The notes below the pieces were generated by a model, which did no database searches, had not been told where the DNA came from, and saw nothing but the letters and a program-made list of their open reading frames with translations. Shown piece after piece: positions 20,058-30,740 of a stretch of 60,303 nucleotides of DNA. Every line of letters starts with the position of its first letter. The first letter of the stretch is position 1. The DNA is from Candidatus Giovannonibacteria bacterium RIFCSPLOWO2_01_FULL_46_13 (GTDB lineage: Bacteria > Patescibacteriota > Minisyncoccia > JACPKW01 > UBA11713). The position numbers and the translations under genes are program-made. The DNA is taken from positions 1,072 through 61,374 of the forward strand of contig MFIE01000019.1 of assembly GCA_001778785.1 (NCBI GenBank), in the 5' to 3' direction.

Positions 20058-20786
20058 TTATCGGAGTATTTCTTTCCAGTTCTCGAGCGAAAGCTCTTCC
20101 GGTCGCCTCGTCAAATATTTCTCCGGGAGGGAGATCTTCTTTCCGAGCGAGTGGCGGAGCATTTTTCTCTTCTGTCGGAAGGCGTTATGCAAAATTTCGA
20201 AGAATTTTTCCTCTTTAATCTTGTTTTTTCTAAAAAAGTTATCCGAAATGTTTGAAATCTTTATTATCGCTGAGTCTACTTTTGGCGCGGGCGAAAAATT
20301 TCCTTTGGAGATCTTTTTAATGAATTCAACTTTCCCATAAGCCTGCGTACAGAGGGCCAACAAATTCATTTCCGGCGGAGCGGCGGAAATTCTTTTTGCA
20401 ACTTCGTACTGGACCATGAGCACCAAAAGGCGCGGCTTGTTTTTTGCCGAGAGGAAATTTTTTAGGAAGTGTGAAGTGATGTAGTATGGTATGTTCGCGA
20501 CGATTTTTGCCCCTGGAATATTTTCAAATTTCAAAATATCTTCCTGGATGATTTTTACATTTTTAGAGCCCTGAAATTTTTCTACGAGGATGGGGATCAA
20601 GTCGCGGTCTTTTTCGACGGCGACAACTTTTTTCGCCCTTGCGGCGAGGACTTCGGTTAAGCTCCCCAACCCCGGCCCAACTTCCAAAACCGTATCGGCA
20701 CTCCCGACTTCCGCAACCTCCGCCATCTTTTCCAAGATGGATTTATTTTTCAAGAAATTTTGCCCAAATATTTTTTTTGCTTCCAT
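20058..20786 (-). CDS. rsmA: 16S rRNA dimethyladenosine transferase
   Basis: GQNFL, VLEVGPGLG, ANIPYYIT and PAPKVDSA motifs. Confidence 0.97.
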   Translation of the reverse strand: MEAKKIFGQNFLKNKSILEKMAEVAEVGSADTVLEVGPGLGSLTEVLAARAKKVVAVEKDRDLIPILVEKFQGSKNVKIIQEDILKFENIPGAKIVANIPYYITSHFLKNFLSAKNKPRLLVLMVQYEVAKRISAAPPEMNLLALCTQAYGKVEFIKKISKGNFSPAPKVDSAIIKISNISDNFFRKNKIKEEKFFEILHNAFRQKRKMLRHSLGKKISLPEKYLTRRPEELSLENWKEILR

Positions 20787-20787
20787 A

Positions 20788-22719
20788 TTACTCCAATGTT
20801 ATTGTCGCCTCCTCGGCCCTTTCTAAAAGCTCTTCCGGGATGTCAAAAAGAAATTTTGAAGGAAGGTTTATTTTTCTCTCGCCGAAAATTGTGCGGAAGA
20901 CAGAATACGAAAGATAAATTTTCTCTTTCGAACGAGTGAGCGCCACGTAAAAAAGTCTTCGCTCTTCTTCCTCACGAAGCTCTGCGTTGTCTCCGGAAAG
21001 TGCGGAGTGCGGGAAGAGGCCTTCTTCGAGCCCAGCGATGAAAATCGCTTTAAATTCAAGGCCTTTTGCGGCGTGCACGGTCATGAGCTTGATGGAATTT
21101 TCTTCTTTTTTTATCGTGTCCTGGTCGGACATCAATGCCGCGTCTTCCAACAATTTTAAAATTCCTTCCGGCGCCGATCCGCCAGCCGGCGGATCGTATC
21201 TTTTTGCGAGCGTTACTAATTCTTGGATGTTTGCCAAGCGCATCTCCCCTTCCTCCGTGCCGTCGTTAAAATATTCTTCTAGTCCGGATTTTTTTATGAT
21301 GGCTTTTATTGCCTCCGAAGATTTTTTTTCTGTAACTTCTTTTTTAACCTCTTCCAATATTTTTTTAAACTCCACGATCTTGTTCTGCTCTTTTGGGCTA
21401 AGTTCCTCTCCTGATAAAATTTTTGTCAATAAAACTTTTCCAATCCCCCGCGGAGGGAAGTTCGTGATGCGCTTCATGGATAAAACATCGTCCGGGTTTA
21501 AGGCCGCGCGAAGGTAAGCGAGGGTATCCTTGATTTCCTTTCTTTCGTAAAACCGGACGCCGATAACTTGGTACGAAATATTTTTTTCAAGCATTTTTTC
21601 TTCGATGATCCGCGACTGGAAATTGGTGCGGTATAAAACCGCAATCTCTCGCGGAGGCATCCCTCCGCCGGCCGGCGGATTTACCAAATGGTTTGCGATC
21701 TCCGCTATGAAAGTCGCCTCCTCTTCTTCGTTGGAAGCTTCGAACAAAGTTATTTTCGGCCCAGATTTTTTCCTGGAAAAAAGATTTTTTGGGACGCGCG
21801 CTTTATTTTTCACGATGACCGCGTTTGCCGCGTCCAAAATTAATTGCGTGGACCTATAATTTTCTTCGAGCGTTATCATTTTCGCATCTGGCCAGTCGCG
21901 TTCGAAGTGCAAGATATTCCTGAAGTCGGCTCCCCTCCAGGAATAAATTGCCTGGTCGATATCGCCCACGACGCAAATGTTCCGGTATTTTTGGGCGAGA
22001 AGTTTTGTCAGGTGGTATTGCACGAGATTCGTATCTTGGTACTCGTCTACGTGTATATATTTGAACCTTTCCTGCCAAAATAGGAGAATTTCTGGGTTTT
22101 TAGTGAAAAGCTCGACCGTTTTCAATAATAAGTCGTCAAAATCAAGGGCTTTTGCGTTGGTGAGCTTTTCTTCGTACTTTCGCCAGGTTTCAAGCAGGAT
22201 ATTGCCGAACTGCCCGCTTCCCGAGGAACTCCAGTCGTTCGGGTTCTCCATTTCGTTCTTTTTCCTGGATATGATGTTCCTTAATTTTTTAGCTTCGTAC
22301 TTTTTCGGGTCGAGGCCCATGTCGTTGAGTGCCTCCTTTATCATGGCGAGGGCATCTTCCTCGTCCATGATGGAAAAACTTCTCGGGATTCCGATCGCTT
22401 TTCCGGAATTGCGGAGGATGTACACGCAAAAACTATGGAAGGTCCCAACCCATGGACCGGGTGCTTGCTCGTCGTATGGGTGGCTTTTCATCGCCGAAAT
22501 ACGGGTCCGCATTTCTTCGGCGGCTTTATTTGTGAAAGTTATGGCCAGTATTGACTCTGGTTTGACACCTTTCTCGATCAAATGCGAAATGCGATGGGTC
22601 AAAACCATCGTTTTGCCGGAACCGGCGCCCGCAACTATCAATACTGGGCCTTCCGATGTCAATATTGCTTCCTCTTGCGACGGGTTAGGGGAAGAATGTT
22701 CAAAATTTTTAGGCATCAA
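20788..22719 (-). CDS. pcrA: UvrD/PcrA ATP-dependent DNA helicase
   Basis: AGAGSGKT, VDEYQDTN, TVHAAKGLEF and EERRLFYVALTR motifs. Confidence 0.96.
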   Translation of the reverse strand: MMPKNFEHSSPNPSQEEAILTSEGPVLIVAGAGSGKTMVLTHRISHLIEKGVKPESILAITFTNKAAEEMRTRISAMKSHPYDEQAPGPWVGTFHSFCVYILRNSGKAIGIPRSFSIMDEEDALAMIKEALNDMGLDPKKYEAKKLRNIISRKKNEMENPNDWSSSGSGQFGNILLETWRKYEEKLTNAKALDFDDLLLKTVELFTKNPEILLFWQERFKYIHVDEYQDTNLVQYHLTKLLAQKYRNICVVGDIDQAIYSWRGADFRNILHFERDWPDAKMITLEENYRSTQLILDAANAVIVKNKARVPKNLFSRKKSGPKITLFEASNEEEEATFIAEIANHLVNPPAGGGMPPREIAVLYRTNFQSRIIEEKMLEKNISYQVIGVRFYERKEIKDTLAYLRAALNPDDVLSMKRITNFPPRGIGKVLLTKILSGEELSPKEQNKIVEFKKILEEVKKEVTEKKSSEAIKAIIKKSGLEEYFNDGTEEGEMRLANIQELVTLAKRYDPPAGGSAPEGILKLLEDAALMSDQDTIKKEENSIKLMTVHAAKGLEFKAIFIAGLEEGLFPHSALSGDNAELREEEERRLFYVALTRSKEKIYLSYSVFRTIFGERKINLPSKFLFDIPEELLERAEEATITLE

Positions 22720-23001
22720 TTTAGGATAACACGCAAGTTTGGCACTTCAAATTTTTGGCTAAAAATAAGGGGTTTTGACACTTTTTTAAAAAATAATTGC
22801 TATTTTTTCTGGGGATAAAGTGGGTAAAAATCATTGACCCAAGCTTATTAAAATTGTAAAATATATCGGTAAGGTAGTTTCAGAATTTTTCCATCCTTTG
22901 CCCAAAGGTCACACTACCTTTTACTCCTAACTAGACTTTTAACTATTAAGATTACAATTTGGCGCGCTTTTTCTTCTTGGATAGATAAGAAGCGCTGTAT
23001 A

Positions 23002-24027
23002 TTGCTCACCTTTAGGTCCCAGGGAAAGGAAAAATTCCTCCTGGTCTCCTTTTTGCTATCATTTCTTTTCAGCCTTCCGCAGGCCGAGGCAAAGTTTTTT
23101 ACAATGTTCGAAAAGATTTTAGGGAAAACTACAGTTTCAAGTTCGAGCGGGCTTAGCTCGCAGGTCTTGCCTCTGCTTTCCGCCCCCCTTAACTCCAACC
23201 TTTTGGCAGGAACAGGAGGAGGCGAAGTCTCTATTGTCCAGAATTCGGCAATACTCCCCATGACCGGTCCCTTGGGATCGATGGCGGATGTGCAGGAAAA
23301 TAAGTCCGATGCTATTAGCCTTTATCTCGTCCGTGAGGGCGATACCATCTCCGAGATCGCTGAATTATTTGATGTAACGCCCAATACTATCCGTTGGGCC
23401 AATAATTTGAAAGGCGGGGGGCTAATTTCTCCCGGACAGGTCTTGGTGATTCTCCCGGTTTCCGGCCTACAATATAAAGTCCAGAAAGGGGATACGGTCG
23501 CGAGCATCGTAAAGAAATTCGGCGGAGACACTGACGAAATATTAAGTTTTAATGATTTAAGTTCGAGCTCCGGCCTAACCGTTGGGACAACTCTTATAAT
23601 TCCAAACGGCGAAGCACAGGTGATCGTGCAGGCTCCAACAAAACCAAAATCTATCGCTTCCAAAGCTTCCGGCCCTTCGTACCAAGGATATTACGCCCGG
23701 CCGATTTCTGGCGGGATACGCACGCAGGGGATCCACGGATATAACGGGGTGGATCTTGCTAACTCCTGTGGAACGCCTATCGCGGCCTCCGCCGCTGGAA
23801 ATGTTTTGATCGCTAGGTCTTCCGGATGGAACTCCGGTTACGGGCAATATGTTGTCGTTGGCCATCCAAACGGTACGCAAACTTTATATGCCCACATGAA
23901 TGGGATCGTTGTTGCCCCGGGTTGGGAAGTCTATCAAGGCCAAATTTTGGGATACTTAGGCACGACCGGACTCTCGACCGGCTGTCACATTCACTTCGAA
24001 GTTCGCGGCGCCAGGAACCCGTTCTAA
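23002..24027 (+). CDS. LysM x2 + M23 peptidoglycan endopeptidase
   Basis: Two LysM domains (YLVREGDTIS, YKVQKGDTVAS), NGVDLA, YAHM and HIHFEV. Start codon uncertain. Confidence 0.92.
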   Translation: MLTFRSQGKEKFLLVSFLLSFLFSLPQAEAKFFTMFEKILGKTTVSSSSGLSSQVLPLLSAPLNSNLLAGTGGGEVSIVQNSAILPMTGPLGSMADVQENKSDAISLYLVREGDTISEIAELFDVTPNTIRWANNLKGGGLISPGQVLVILPVSGLQYKVQKGDTVASIVKKFGGDTDEILSFNDLSSSSGLTVGTTLIIPNGEAQVIVQAPTKPKSIASKASGPSYQGYYARPISGGIRTQGIHGYNGVDLANSCGTPIAASAAGNVLIARSSGWNSGYGQYVVVGHPNGTQTLYAHMNGIVVAPGWEVYQGQILGYLGTTGLSTGCHIHFEVRGARNPF

Positions 24028-24084
24028 TTTCACGATCTCGCGTTGCATTTTTTACTCAACGCGTAAGTATTGTAGTATTTTGAT

Positions 24085-25545
24085 ATGCTGTTTAATTCGC
24101 GGACTTTTCTAGTCTTCTATATTGTTGTAACAAGTCTTTACTTTTTGATTCCGCATCGCTTAAGATGGCTACTTCTACTTGCGGGGAGCATTGTTTTCTA
24201 TATGGCTTTCGTGCCGGCGTATATCTTGATTCTTGGCTGGACGATAGTCGTTGATTATTTTGCGGGCTTATTCATTGAAAAAGCAACGGGACAGAAAAGA
24301 AAACTCTTTTTGATTGTAAGTCTTGTCTCGAATGTTGGTGTTTTGGCGTTCTTTAAGTATTTCAATTTTCTGAACGAAAGCCTGACTGCACTTTTGGGGA
24401 CTATTGGAATTGCGAATTCCGTCCCGTTCCTGACGATTCTTCTCCCAATAGGGTTGTCGTTTCATACATTTCAGGCAATGAGTTATACGATTGAGGTTTA
24501 TCGCGGCCGGAACGCAGAACGAAACTTCGGTATTTTTGCCCTATACGTGATGTTCTACCCCCAGCTTGTCGCGGGACCTATTGAGCGGCCTCAGAATTTA
24601 CTCCATCAGTTTTATGAAAAGCACGAGTTTGATTACCGGAGAATGTCGGATGGCATCAAGCTAATGCTTTGGGGCCTCTTTAAAAAAGCCGTCATTGCTG
24701 ACCGGCTTGCCATTCTAGTGGACAGGGTATATGCCGACCCATTGAGTTACGGGGGTGCGCATTTTATTGTAGCGACTGTGTTTTTTGCTTTCCAGATTTA
24801 TTGTGACTTTTCCGGCTATACTGATATGGCCAGAGGGGCTGCGCATACGATGGGATTTCGTTTGATGGAAAATTTTCTCCGGCCGTATCATGCCCGCTCG
24901 GTCCAAGAATTTTGGAGAAGGTGGCATATCTCATTAACAACCTGGTTTAGGGATTATCTTTATATTCCGCTTGGAGGAAACCGGGTCCCGCTTACGAGGT
25001 GGTATTTTAATATTTTTATCGTTTTTTTAATAAGCGGACTTTGGCATGGGGCGAGTTGGAATTTTATCATTTGGGGAGCTCTGCACGGCTTATTTTTACT
25101 TATGTCGATTTCTACAAAAAGAATTCGCGAAGCTTTTGTGCGCGCCGTGCGTCTCGATCGCGTTCCAGTGGTTCACAATCTTTTACAGACATTAATCACG
25201 TTTTCCCTTGTAGCATTCGCGTGGATTTTTTTCAGAGCAAGTTCACTTGCTGATGCGCTCTATATTGTTTTCCACCTGCCAGAGGGTGTAGTATCGCTTT
25301 TCGATATTACATCATTGCCGCAAATTTTCGGCGGTTTTCGTCTAAGGGGCGTGGAGCTCACTCTAGCATTCTTCGGACTCGCGCTTTTGGGGATAGTTGA
25401 ATACCTTGAACGTTTCGGAAGTATTCGCGAGCGTATAAAGAGGTATCCGCTATGGGTCAGGTGGTCTATGGCCTATGCTCTGCTAGCGGGCGCATATTTT
25501 CTGGGAGTATACGACGACATCGAATTTATTTATTTTCAATTTTGA
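24085..25545 (+). CDS. MBOAT family O-acyltransferase (AlgI/PatA/DltB-like)
   Basis: LPIGLSFHTFQ, FYPQLVAGPIER, FWRRWHISL, SGLWHGA and FIYFQF motifs. Confidence 0.95.
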   Translation: MLFNSRTFLVFYIVVTSLYFLIPHRLRWLLLLAGSIVFYMAFVPAYILILGWTIVVDYFAGLFIEKATGQKRKLFLIVSLVSNVGVLAFFKYFNFLNESLTALLGTIGIANSVPFLTILLPIGLSFHTFQAMSYTIEVYRGRNAERNFGIFALYVMFYPQLVAGPIERPQNLLHQFYEKHEFDYRRMSDGIKLMLWGLFKKAVIADRLAILVDRVYADPLSYGGAHFIVATVFFAFQIYCDFSGYTDMARGAAHTMGFRLMENFLRPYHARSVQEFWRRWHISLTTWFRDYLYIPLGGNRVPLTRWYFNIFIVFLISGLWHGASWNFIIWGALHGLFLLMSISTKRIREAFVRAVRLDRVPVVHNLLQTLITFSLVAFAWIFFRASSLADALYIVFHLPEGVVSLFDITSLPQIFGGFRLRGVELTLAFFGLALLGIVEYLERFGSIRERIKRYPLWVRWSMAYALLAGAYFLGVYDDIEFIYFQF

Positions 25546-25548
25546 TTT

Positions 25549-26571
25549 ATGATTAGCCAAGATTTTGTAAAATTTGCAGCTCGCGCGTCTATTTTTTCTT
25601 TAGGCTTTTTGGCACTTTTTGCTCTGGCCTCCCTGCATTTTCATTATCGCATCGTTGCCCGCGACAATGTGTTTATTTTACTAAATGCATTTCGGAACGA
25701 GTCTATACAACCACGTGTCGTGATTTTGGGCGATTCCCATGCTACGTTTGATATTTTGTCTGCCAAATTTCCAAGGGAATATTATAATTTTGCTTACCCG
25801 AGCGAGAATTGGAGAAAATTTGTCCTCCGTGCGCGGGCCACCATAAATTTGAAAGATTCGCTAGAATACATAATAGTGCCCTTGGATTATTATCAATTTT
25901 CACCGACGCGTGCCAGGCATGTTTTCTTTACAGACTATCTTTTTTTCTCGCCAATAGAGGATATAAGAGACGTTTATCATCCTTCGCTTTTGGAGCTATT
26001 CAAGGCAAAAGTTTCTTCCGTCCTCCCGCTTGTGAGCCCGTCCAATCGCAATACATACCGACGCGTGCTCGGGGAAGATATATACAAATTTTTTGGCGGA
26101 AAGGAAAAAGGAAAAATGATTTATATCGGAGAACACAATGAGTTGCGATGGGAAGGCGAAAGTGTCGTGTGGAGCGAGTTGCCTGGCGAAAAAAAGCGGT
26201 TTGCGATATTTGATCGCGAAAAAGAGCAATTTCTAAAACCGTTTATTGATGGCGATTTGTACAATGTTTTCGAGGAATTTTTTTCGTTTGCCCAGGCTCA
26301 TGATGTAAAAGTTATCGGGGTTTTTTATCCGACTACCCTAGAATATAACGAAGTTCTTTCGCGTTTTGATAAGGAAACCGGCAATATCACGGCGCTTGGG
26401 GAAAAATATAAAAATCTTCCCTTACACGCAACGCTCGATTACCGGAATGTTTTTGATGATCATCAGGAATATTTTAGCGACACTGACCACCTAAATCGAA
26501 ATGGTGCAGGAATATTTACGGAAATCATTCTTCGGGATTTGGAGAAGATTATAGAAAAAACGGAGCCTTAG
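25549..26571 (+). CDS. Extracytoplasmic SGNH-like acyltransferase (DltD/AlgJ-like)
   Basis: N-terminal TM helix, VILGDSH and FSDTDHLN; directly follows the MBOAT gene. Confidence 0.7.
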   Translation: MISQDFVKFAARASIFSLGFLALFALASLHFHYRIVARDNVFILLNAFRNESIQPRVVILGDSHATFDILSAKFPREYYNFAYPSENWRKFVLRARATINLKDSLEYIIVPLDYYQFSPTRARHVFFTDYLFFSPIEDIRDVYHPSLLELFKAKVSSVLPLVSPSNRNTYRRVLGEDIYKFFGGKEKGKMIYIGEHNELRWEGESVVWSELPGEKKRFAIFDREKEQFLKPFIDGDLYNVFEEFFSFAQAHDVKVIGVFYPTTLEYNEVLSRFDKETGNITALGEKYKNLPLHATLDYRNVFDDHQEYFSDTDHLNRNGAGIFTEIILRDLEKIIEKTEP

Positions 26572-28828
26572 CCCTCTGTTTTGCGATATACGAGGCGAGG
26601 CCGCCTGGACGGGAATAAGCGTATACATTTTTTATTCCCAGATCGTGGGCGATTAAAAATATCGCTTCAATTAACTGGTGCGCGACCGGCGAGCCACTTG
26701 TTATAACTGGAACGTTGGAGATCGGCGGGTATTTAAGCAGCATATTGTACCCGAGGGAACTTTTATCTTCTGGCCGGCCCTGCGGAATTACGTCTACGAA
26801 TTCGGCTCCACGGGCAAGGCCACCTTTTGGCTGCTGGTGAAATCTAAATACCGGATCGTGCCCTCCCTGCAGATAATCTCGCACTTCCTTATCGGTAGAG
26901 ATAATATTTACTTCCGGCACAGGATCGGGTTTATAGTCTCGACTTGAAATTGATGTGCAGACCAAGGCTGCGCCGTCAAGATCAACAATTTCGTCCGTAA
27001 ATAATTTGTTGTACGGTGTGCGCAATAGTTCGTTGCTTGAGAGGCCGCTACGGATGAAAGCGACTTGGCCTGCGAGATCCCCTGCTTTATCGATAGCAAG
27101 GAGAATAAATTGTTTGCTAATATTCTTTTTAAAAGTTTTGTGATCAAGAGTGAGGGGAGCCCACGCATTATTGTGTAATTTAAATGAGGCCTCCGTGTAT
27201 GGAGAAGGTTCGGTGAGCAATATGAAACGATAAGGTTCTGTTGGTATAAGGTCAAAGACTAACTCGTAGCGCGTGATTGGCAACGCATCCTTGAGGACGC
27301 CGCGCTGAATTTTTCCAGTTGAGGTTACGGGGAGGGCGTCGAGAGAAGAAGTGGCAATATATTTTGGCCTCTCGTATGCGCTGAACGCGGAAGCGCCTGA
27401 ACCAAAAAGCATGGCGCATTTTAATCGGCGCATAGCGTTTTCTGGATTCGTCCCCTTTTTCCAGCACACTACCACGGCTACCTCTTCGCCGTATCGCGCG
27501 TCGGAAAGCCCGACCGCATATGCCTGTTCGATATCCGGGGAGATTTTTTGGAGACGATTTTCTATCGCAACAGGAGAAATATTAATCCCCCCCTTTATAA
27601 TTATTTCGTGCTTCCTTCCCTTCAGGAAAAAATATTTTTCTCCCAGAATGATTCGAAAAAAGCCCAAGTCTCCGGTCAGAAAATAACCATCGCGAAATGC
27701 TTCTTCTTCGCCGACGTATCCCTCCATAACTGCGGGGCCCTTAACCACGAGTTCCCCCTCTTTTTCTTCTTCCAGGAAATTCCCTTCCGCGTCGGCAATT
27801 TGAATATCCGCCCACGGCATAGCGCTGCCGATGGAATTTTCTTCAATAAGTTCGTCATAGATATCTTGCGGCAAATCAATGCCCACGCCGGTTACCCGAA
27901 GTGCTGTTTCGGTTTGTCCGTATCCCTGGTAAAGCGGTATGCCGAACTTTTTCCTGAATTCCTTGACGGATTCAGCGATGACGGGAGCCGAGCCTATCTG
28001 CATGCGCGTTAGTACAAGATTGTCTTTTTCCGCGAAATATTCTTTTTCGCGATGTAATTGATCGAAAACAATCGACTGCACAATTGAGCTTAGCGTCGCC
28101 TGCATTTTTGCGGCTTGCTGCCAGAAGCGCGAGTTTGAGTAATTGGGCGGAATAGCGATTGATCCGCCCGCGAGCAGGGCCGCAAGACAGAAGGTCGTAG
28201 AATTTATGTGATGCAGTGGGAGATTCACGAGAAAGCGATCTCTGTCGGTGATACGAAGCCAATTTCGAATATCTTCGGCGTTGACCAGTAGATTTTCCAA
28301 ACTAAGCTTAGCCCCTTTTGGATAAGCAGTTGTCCCTGAAGTAAATAAAATAAGCGCAATATCGGAGATCCCTTGCTCCCATGGGAAATTTTTCTTATCT
28401 CCTGGCGCTTGCGGAAGTCCAGAAAATTCATGCACGGTTGTCCCTTCAAGATATTTTGCCTTTATATCGGCAAGCATATTTTTCTGGGCGATCATGGTCG
28501 GCGCGCGTGTCAATTGTAGCTTATATCGGTATAGTTCTTTGGTGTCTCGCTTAACGTCCATCGGGATGCTCGTTATGCCCAAACTCCATGCCGCCCAGCT
28601 CAAGATGAGAAGATCCGGAGAATTGTTAAATGCCAGGGCTACCCGATCCCCCTTTTTGACGCCAAGATTTTCAAAATAATAAGCGGCGGCTTCGATTTTT
28701 TCGACCAATTCCCGGTAGCAGATCTCTTGAACAATAGTCCCATCTTCGCCGCAGGCCATAATCGCAATTTTCTCGGGATCTTTCTCCGCTAGGCCAACGA
28801 TAAAATTGTACAGGTTTTCAGGTTTCAT
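26549..28828 (-). CDS. ANL-family AMP-forming acyl-CoA ligase fused to a rearranged GNAT-like domain
   Basis: LFTSGTTAYPKG, YQGYGQTE, TGDLG and TSTGKIQR motifs; C-terminal DPVFRFH..RPEDKSSLGY..AYSRP. Confidence 0.85.
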   Translation of the reverse strand: MKPENLYNFIVGLAEKDPEKIAIMACGEDGTIVQEICYRELVEKIEAAAYYFENLGVKKGDRVALAFNNSPDLLILSWAAWSLGITSIPMDVKRDTKELYRYKLQLTRAPTMIAQKNMLADIKAKYLEGTTVHEFSGLPQAPGDKKNFPWEQGISDIALILFTSGTTAYPKGAKLSLENLLVNAEDIRNWLRITDRDRFLVNLPLHHINSTTFCLAALLAGGSIAIPPNYSNSRFWQQAAKMQATLSSIVQSIVFDQLHREKEYFAEKDNLVLTRMQIGSAPVIAESVKEFRKKFGIPLYQGYGQTETALRVTGVGIDLPQDIYDELIEENSIGSAMPWADIQIADAEGNFLEEEKEGELVVKGPAVMEGYVGEEEAFRDGYFLTGDLGFFRIILGEKYFFLKGRKHEIIIKGGINISPVAIENRLQKISPDIEQAYAVGLSDARYGEEVAVVVCWKKGTNPENAMRRLKCAMLFGSGASAFSAYERPKYIATSSLDALPVTSTGKIQRGVLKDALPITRYELVFDLIPTEPYRFILLTEPSPYTEASFKLHNNAWAPLTLDHKTFKKNISKQFILLAIDKAGDLAGQVAFIRSGLSSNELLRTPYNKLFTDEIVDLDGAALVCTSISSRDYKPDPVPEVNIISTDKEVRDYLQGGHDPVFRFHQQPKGGLARGAEFVDVIPQGRPEDKSSLGYNMLLKYPPISNVPVITSGSPVAHQLIEAIFLIAHDLGIKNVYAYSRPGGLASYIAKQRAKAPFFL

Positions 28829-30332
28829 ACACGAAGAAATTTTTGCGTGGACGATATTGGAGCGCCTCGAGTAGGTGCTCTTTTTTTATGTCTCGCTCGC
28901 CTTCGAAGTCGGCGATGGTCCGCGCGAGTTTAATTATACGGTGATAGGCGCGCGCCGAGAGGTCCAATTTTTTCGCGGCTTCGTGCAAAATATTTTGCGC
29001 ATCGGAAGATAGCGGGGCAAACTCTTCCAAATCTTTGGGGCGCATCTCGGAGTTTAAAATTTTCCTTTCTTTCTGGATTAATCGCGCCCTCTCTACTTTT
29101 TCCCGGATGCCTGCGCTTTCTTTTGTGGATTTCTCGCTCATTTTTTCGTGTTCGAAATGCGGGACCTCGAGCCAGATATCAATGCGGTCTGCTATCGGCC
29201 CGGAAACTTTTCTTTGATACCGGTATAAAGTTTGCGTCGAGCAGAGGCAAGCTTTTTTATCCGAGCCGAAATTTCCGCACGGGCAGGGATTCATGGCAAA
29301 GACCATCAGCGAGCGCGCCGGAAAAGTTATGGTCCCTTTGGCGCGGGAGACCGTTATGTCCCCGTCTTCAAGCGGCTGGCGCAAAGATTCCAAGACTCGC
29401 CTTTCGAATTCCGGAAATTCATCCAAGAACAAAACGCCGCGGTGCGCCAAAGTTATTTCTCCCGGCCGCGGCGTTTGCCCTCCTCCGACGAGCGCGACAT
29501 ACGAGGCGGTGTGGTGGGGATTCCTAAAAGGACGCTCGGCTAAATATGGTTTTCGTAAATTTCCTGAGACGGAATGAATTTTTGTAACTTCCAAAATTTC
29601 GTCAAAATCCATCGGTGGAAGGATGGAGGGAAGGGATTTTGCGAGCATGGTTTTTCCGGTTCCGGGCGGGCCGACCATCAAAACGTGGTGCCCTCCCGCG
29701 GCCGCAAGGGCGAGTCCCCTTTTTGCAATCTCCTGCCCTTTTATTTCCCCGAAATCGAGCGGGTAGGCGATTTCATTTTCTATATGTATCCTTTCGTGAG
29801 CAGGAATTCTTTCTTCACCTTTCAAGTGTTTTAAAACCTCGACTAAATTTTTTGCCCCGTAAACTTGGACACCCTCAACCAAACTTGCCTCCGGGGCATT
29901 TTCTTCCGGCAAAATTATTTCTTTAAATCCTGCCTCCCGCGCGGACATTGCGAGGGAAAGCGCACCCTTAATTTTTCGGAGCGTGCCATCTAAGGCAAGT
30001 TCTCCCAAGAAAAGTTTCTTGTCCGGATTAAATTCCAATTGCTTCGAAGCCATCAAATATCCAATCGCGATCGCAAGATCAAAAAGCGGACCCTCTTTTT
30101 TAAGGTCCGCCGGCGCAAGTGATACGACAACTCTCTGGTTTTTCTTCTGGGGATGGCGCAGTCCGGAATTTTTTATTGCCGAAGATACGCGTTCTTTTGA
30201 TTCGTCGACCGCTTTATCCGCGAGGCCGACAATTGAAAAATGAAAAAGGCCGGGGGCAAGATCTACTTCCACGTCTATTATTTCTCCCCCAAGACCTAAT
30301 ATTTCTGCGGAATGAGTCTTTACCGAGCCCAT
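28818..30332 (-). CDS. comM: ComM/YifB Mg-chelatase-like AAA+ ATPase
   Basis: LAPADLKKEG, GPPGTGKT, PFRNPHH, LFLDEFPEF and NPCPCG motifs. Confidence 0.95.
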   Translation of the reverse strand: MGSVKTHSAEILGLGGEIIDVEVDLAPGLFHFSIVGLADKAVDESKERVSSAIKNSGLRHPQKKNQRVVVSLAPADLKKEGPLFDLAIAIGYLMASKQLEFNPDKKLFLGELALDGTLRKIKGALSLAMSAREAGFKEIILPEENAPEASLVEGVQVYGAKNLVEVLKHLKGEERIPAHERIHIENEIAYPLDFGEIKGQEIAKRGLALAAAGGHHVLMVGPPGTGKTMLAKSLPSILPPMDFDEILEVTKIHSVSGNLRKPYLAERPFRNPHHTASYVALVGGGQTPRPGEITLAHRGVLFLDEFPEFERRVLESLRQPLEDGDITVSRAKGTITFPARSLMVFAMNPCPCGNFGSDKKACLCSTQTLYRYQRKVSGPIADRIDIWLEVPHFEHEKMSEKSTKESAGIREKVERARLIQKERKILNSEMRPKDLEEFAPLSSDAQNILHEAAKKLDLSARAYHRIIKLARTIADFEGERDIKKEHLLEALQYRPRKNFFVYET

Positions 30333-30701
30333 TTAGATTATTTTTTTGGAATGATTGATGCAGGTTGTCGCGAGGGGATTTGCTTCCAATCTTTTCTCCT
30401 CGATATCTTCTCTTCCTTCCGAACACTTTCCATATGTCCCATTTTCAATCCGATCTAAGGCGGCGATAACTGCCTTAAATCTTTCTTCGAGCTGCATCTC
30501 GAGCCCCGTCTGGGTTTCTAATTCCTCAAACATGTCGGCTAGCTCCGATTGGTCGGAAACCATCGTATTCATTTCCGGCGCTTTCACATCCCATTCTCCC
30601 GGCTTCTCCGGATCGGGATTTTTTCGCGCGATTTGAGAGAGCTCTCTTTCGAGCTTTGCCTTTTCTTCGAGTAGGATCGATTTGTATTTTTCAAAAGCCA
30701 T
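30333..30701 (-). CDS. TraR/DksA-family protein
   Basis: ALDRIENGTYGKC..I...RLEANP.A.TCINH; only two Cys plus a His. Confidence 0.85.
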   Translation of the reverse strand: MAFEKYKSILLEEKAKLERELSQIARKNPDPEKPGEWDVKAPEMNTMVSDQSELADMFEELETQTGLEMQLEERFKAVIAALDRIENGTYGKCSEGREDIEEKRLEANPLATTCINHSKKII

Positions 30702-30740
30702 AGTCTTTATATGGTAAGGAAAATTTGGTTCAAGCGCAAT

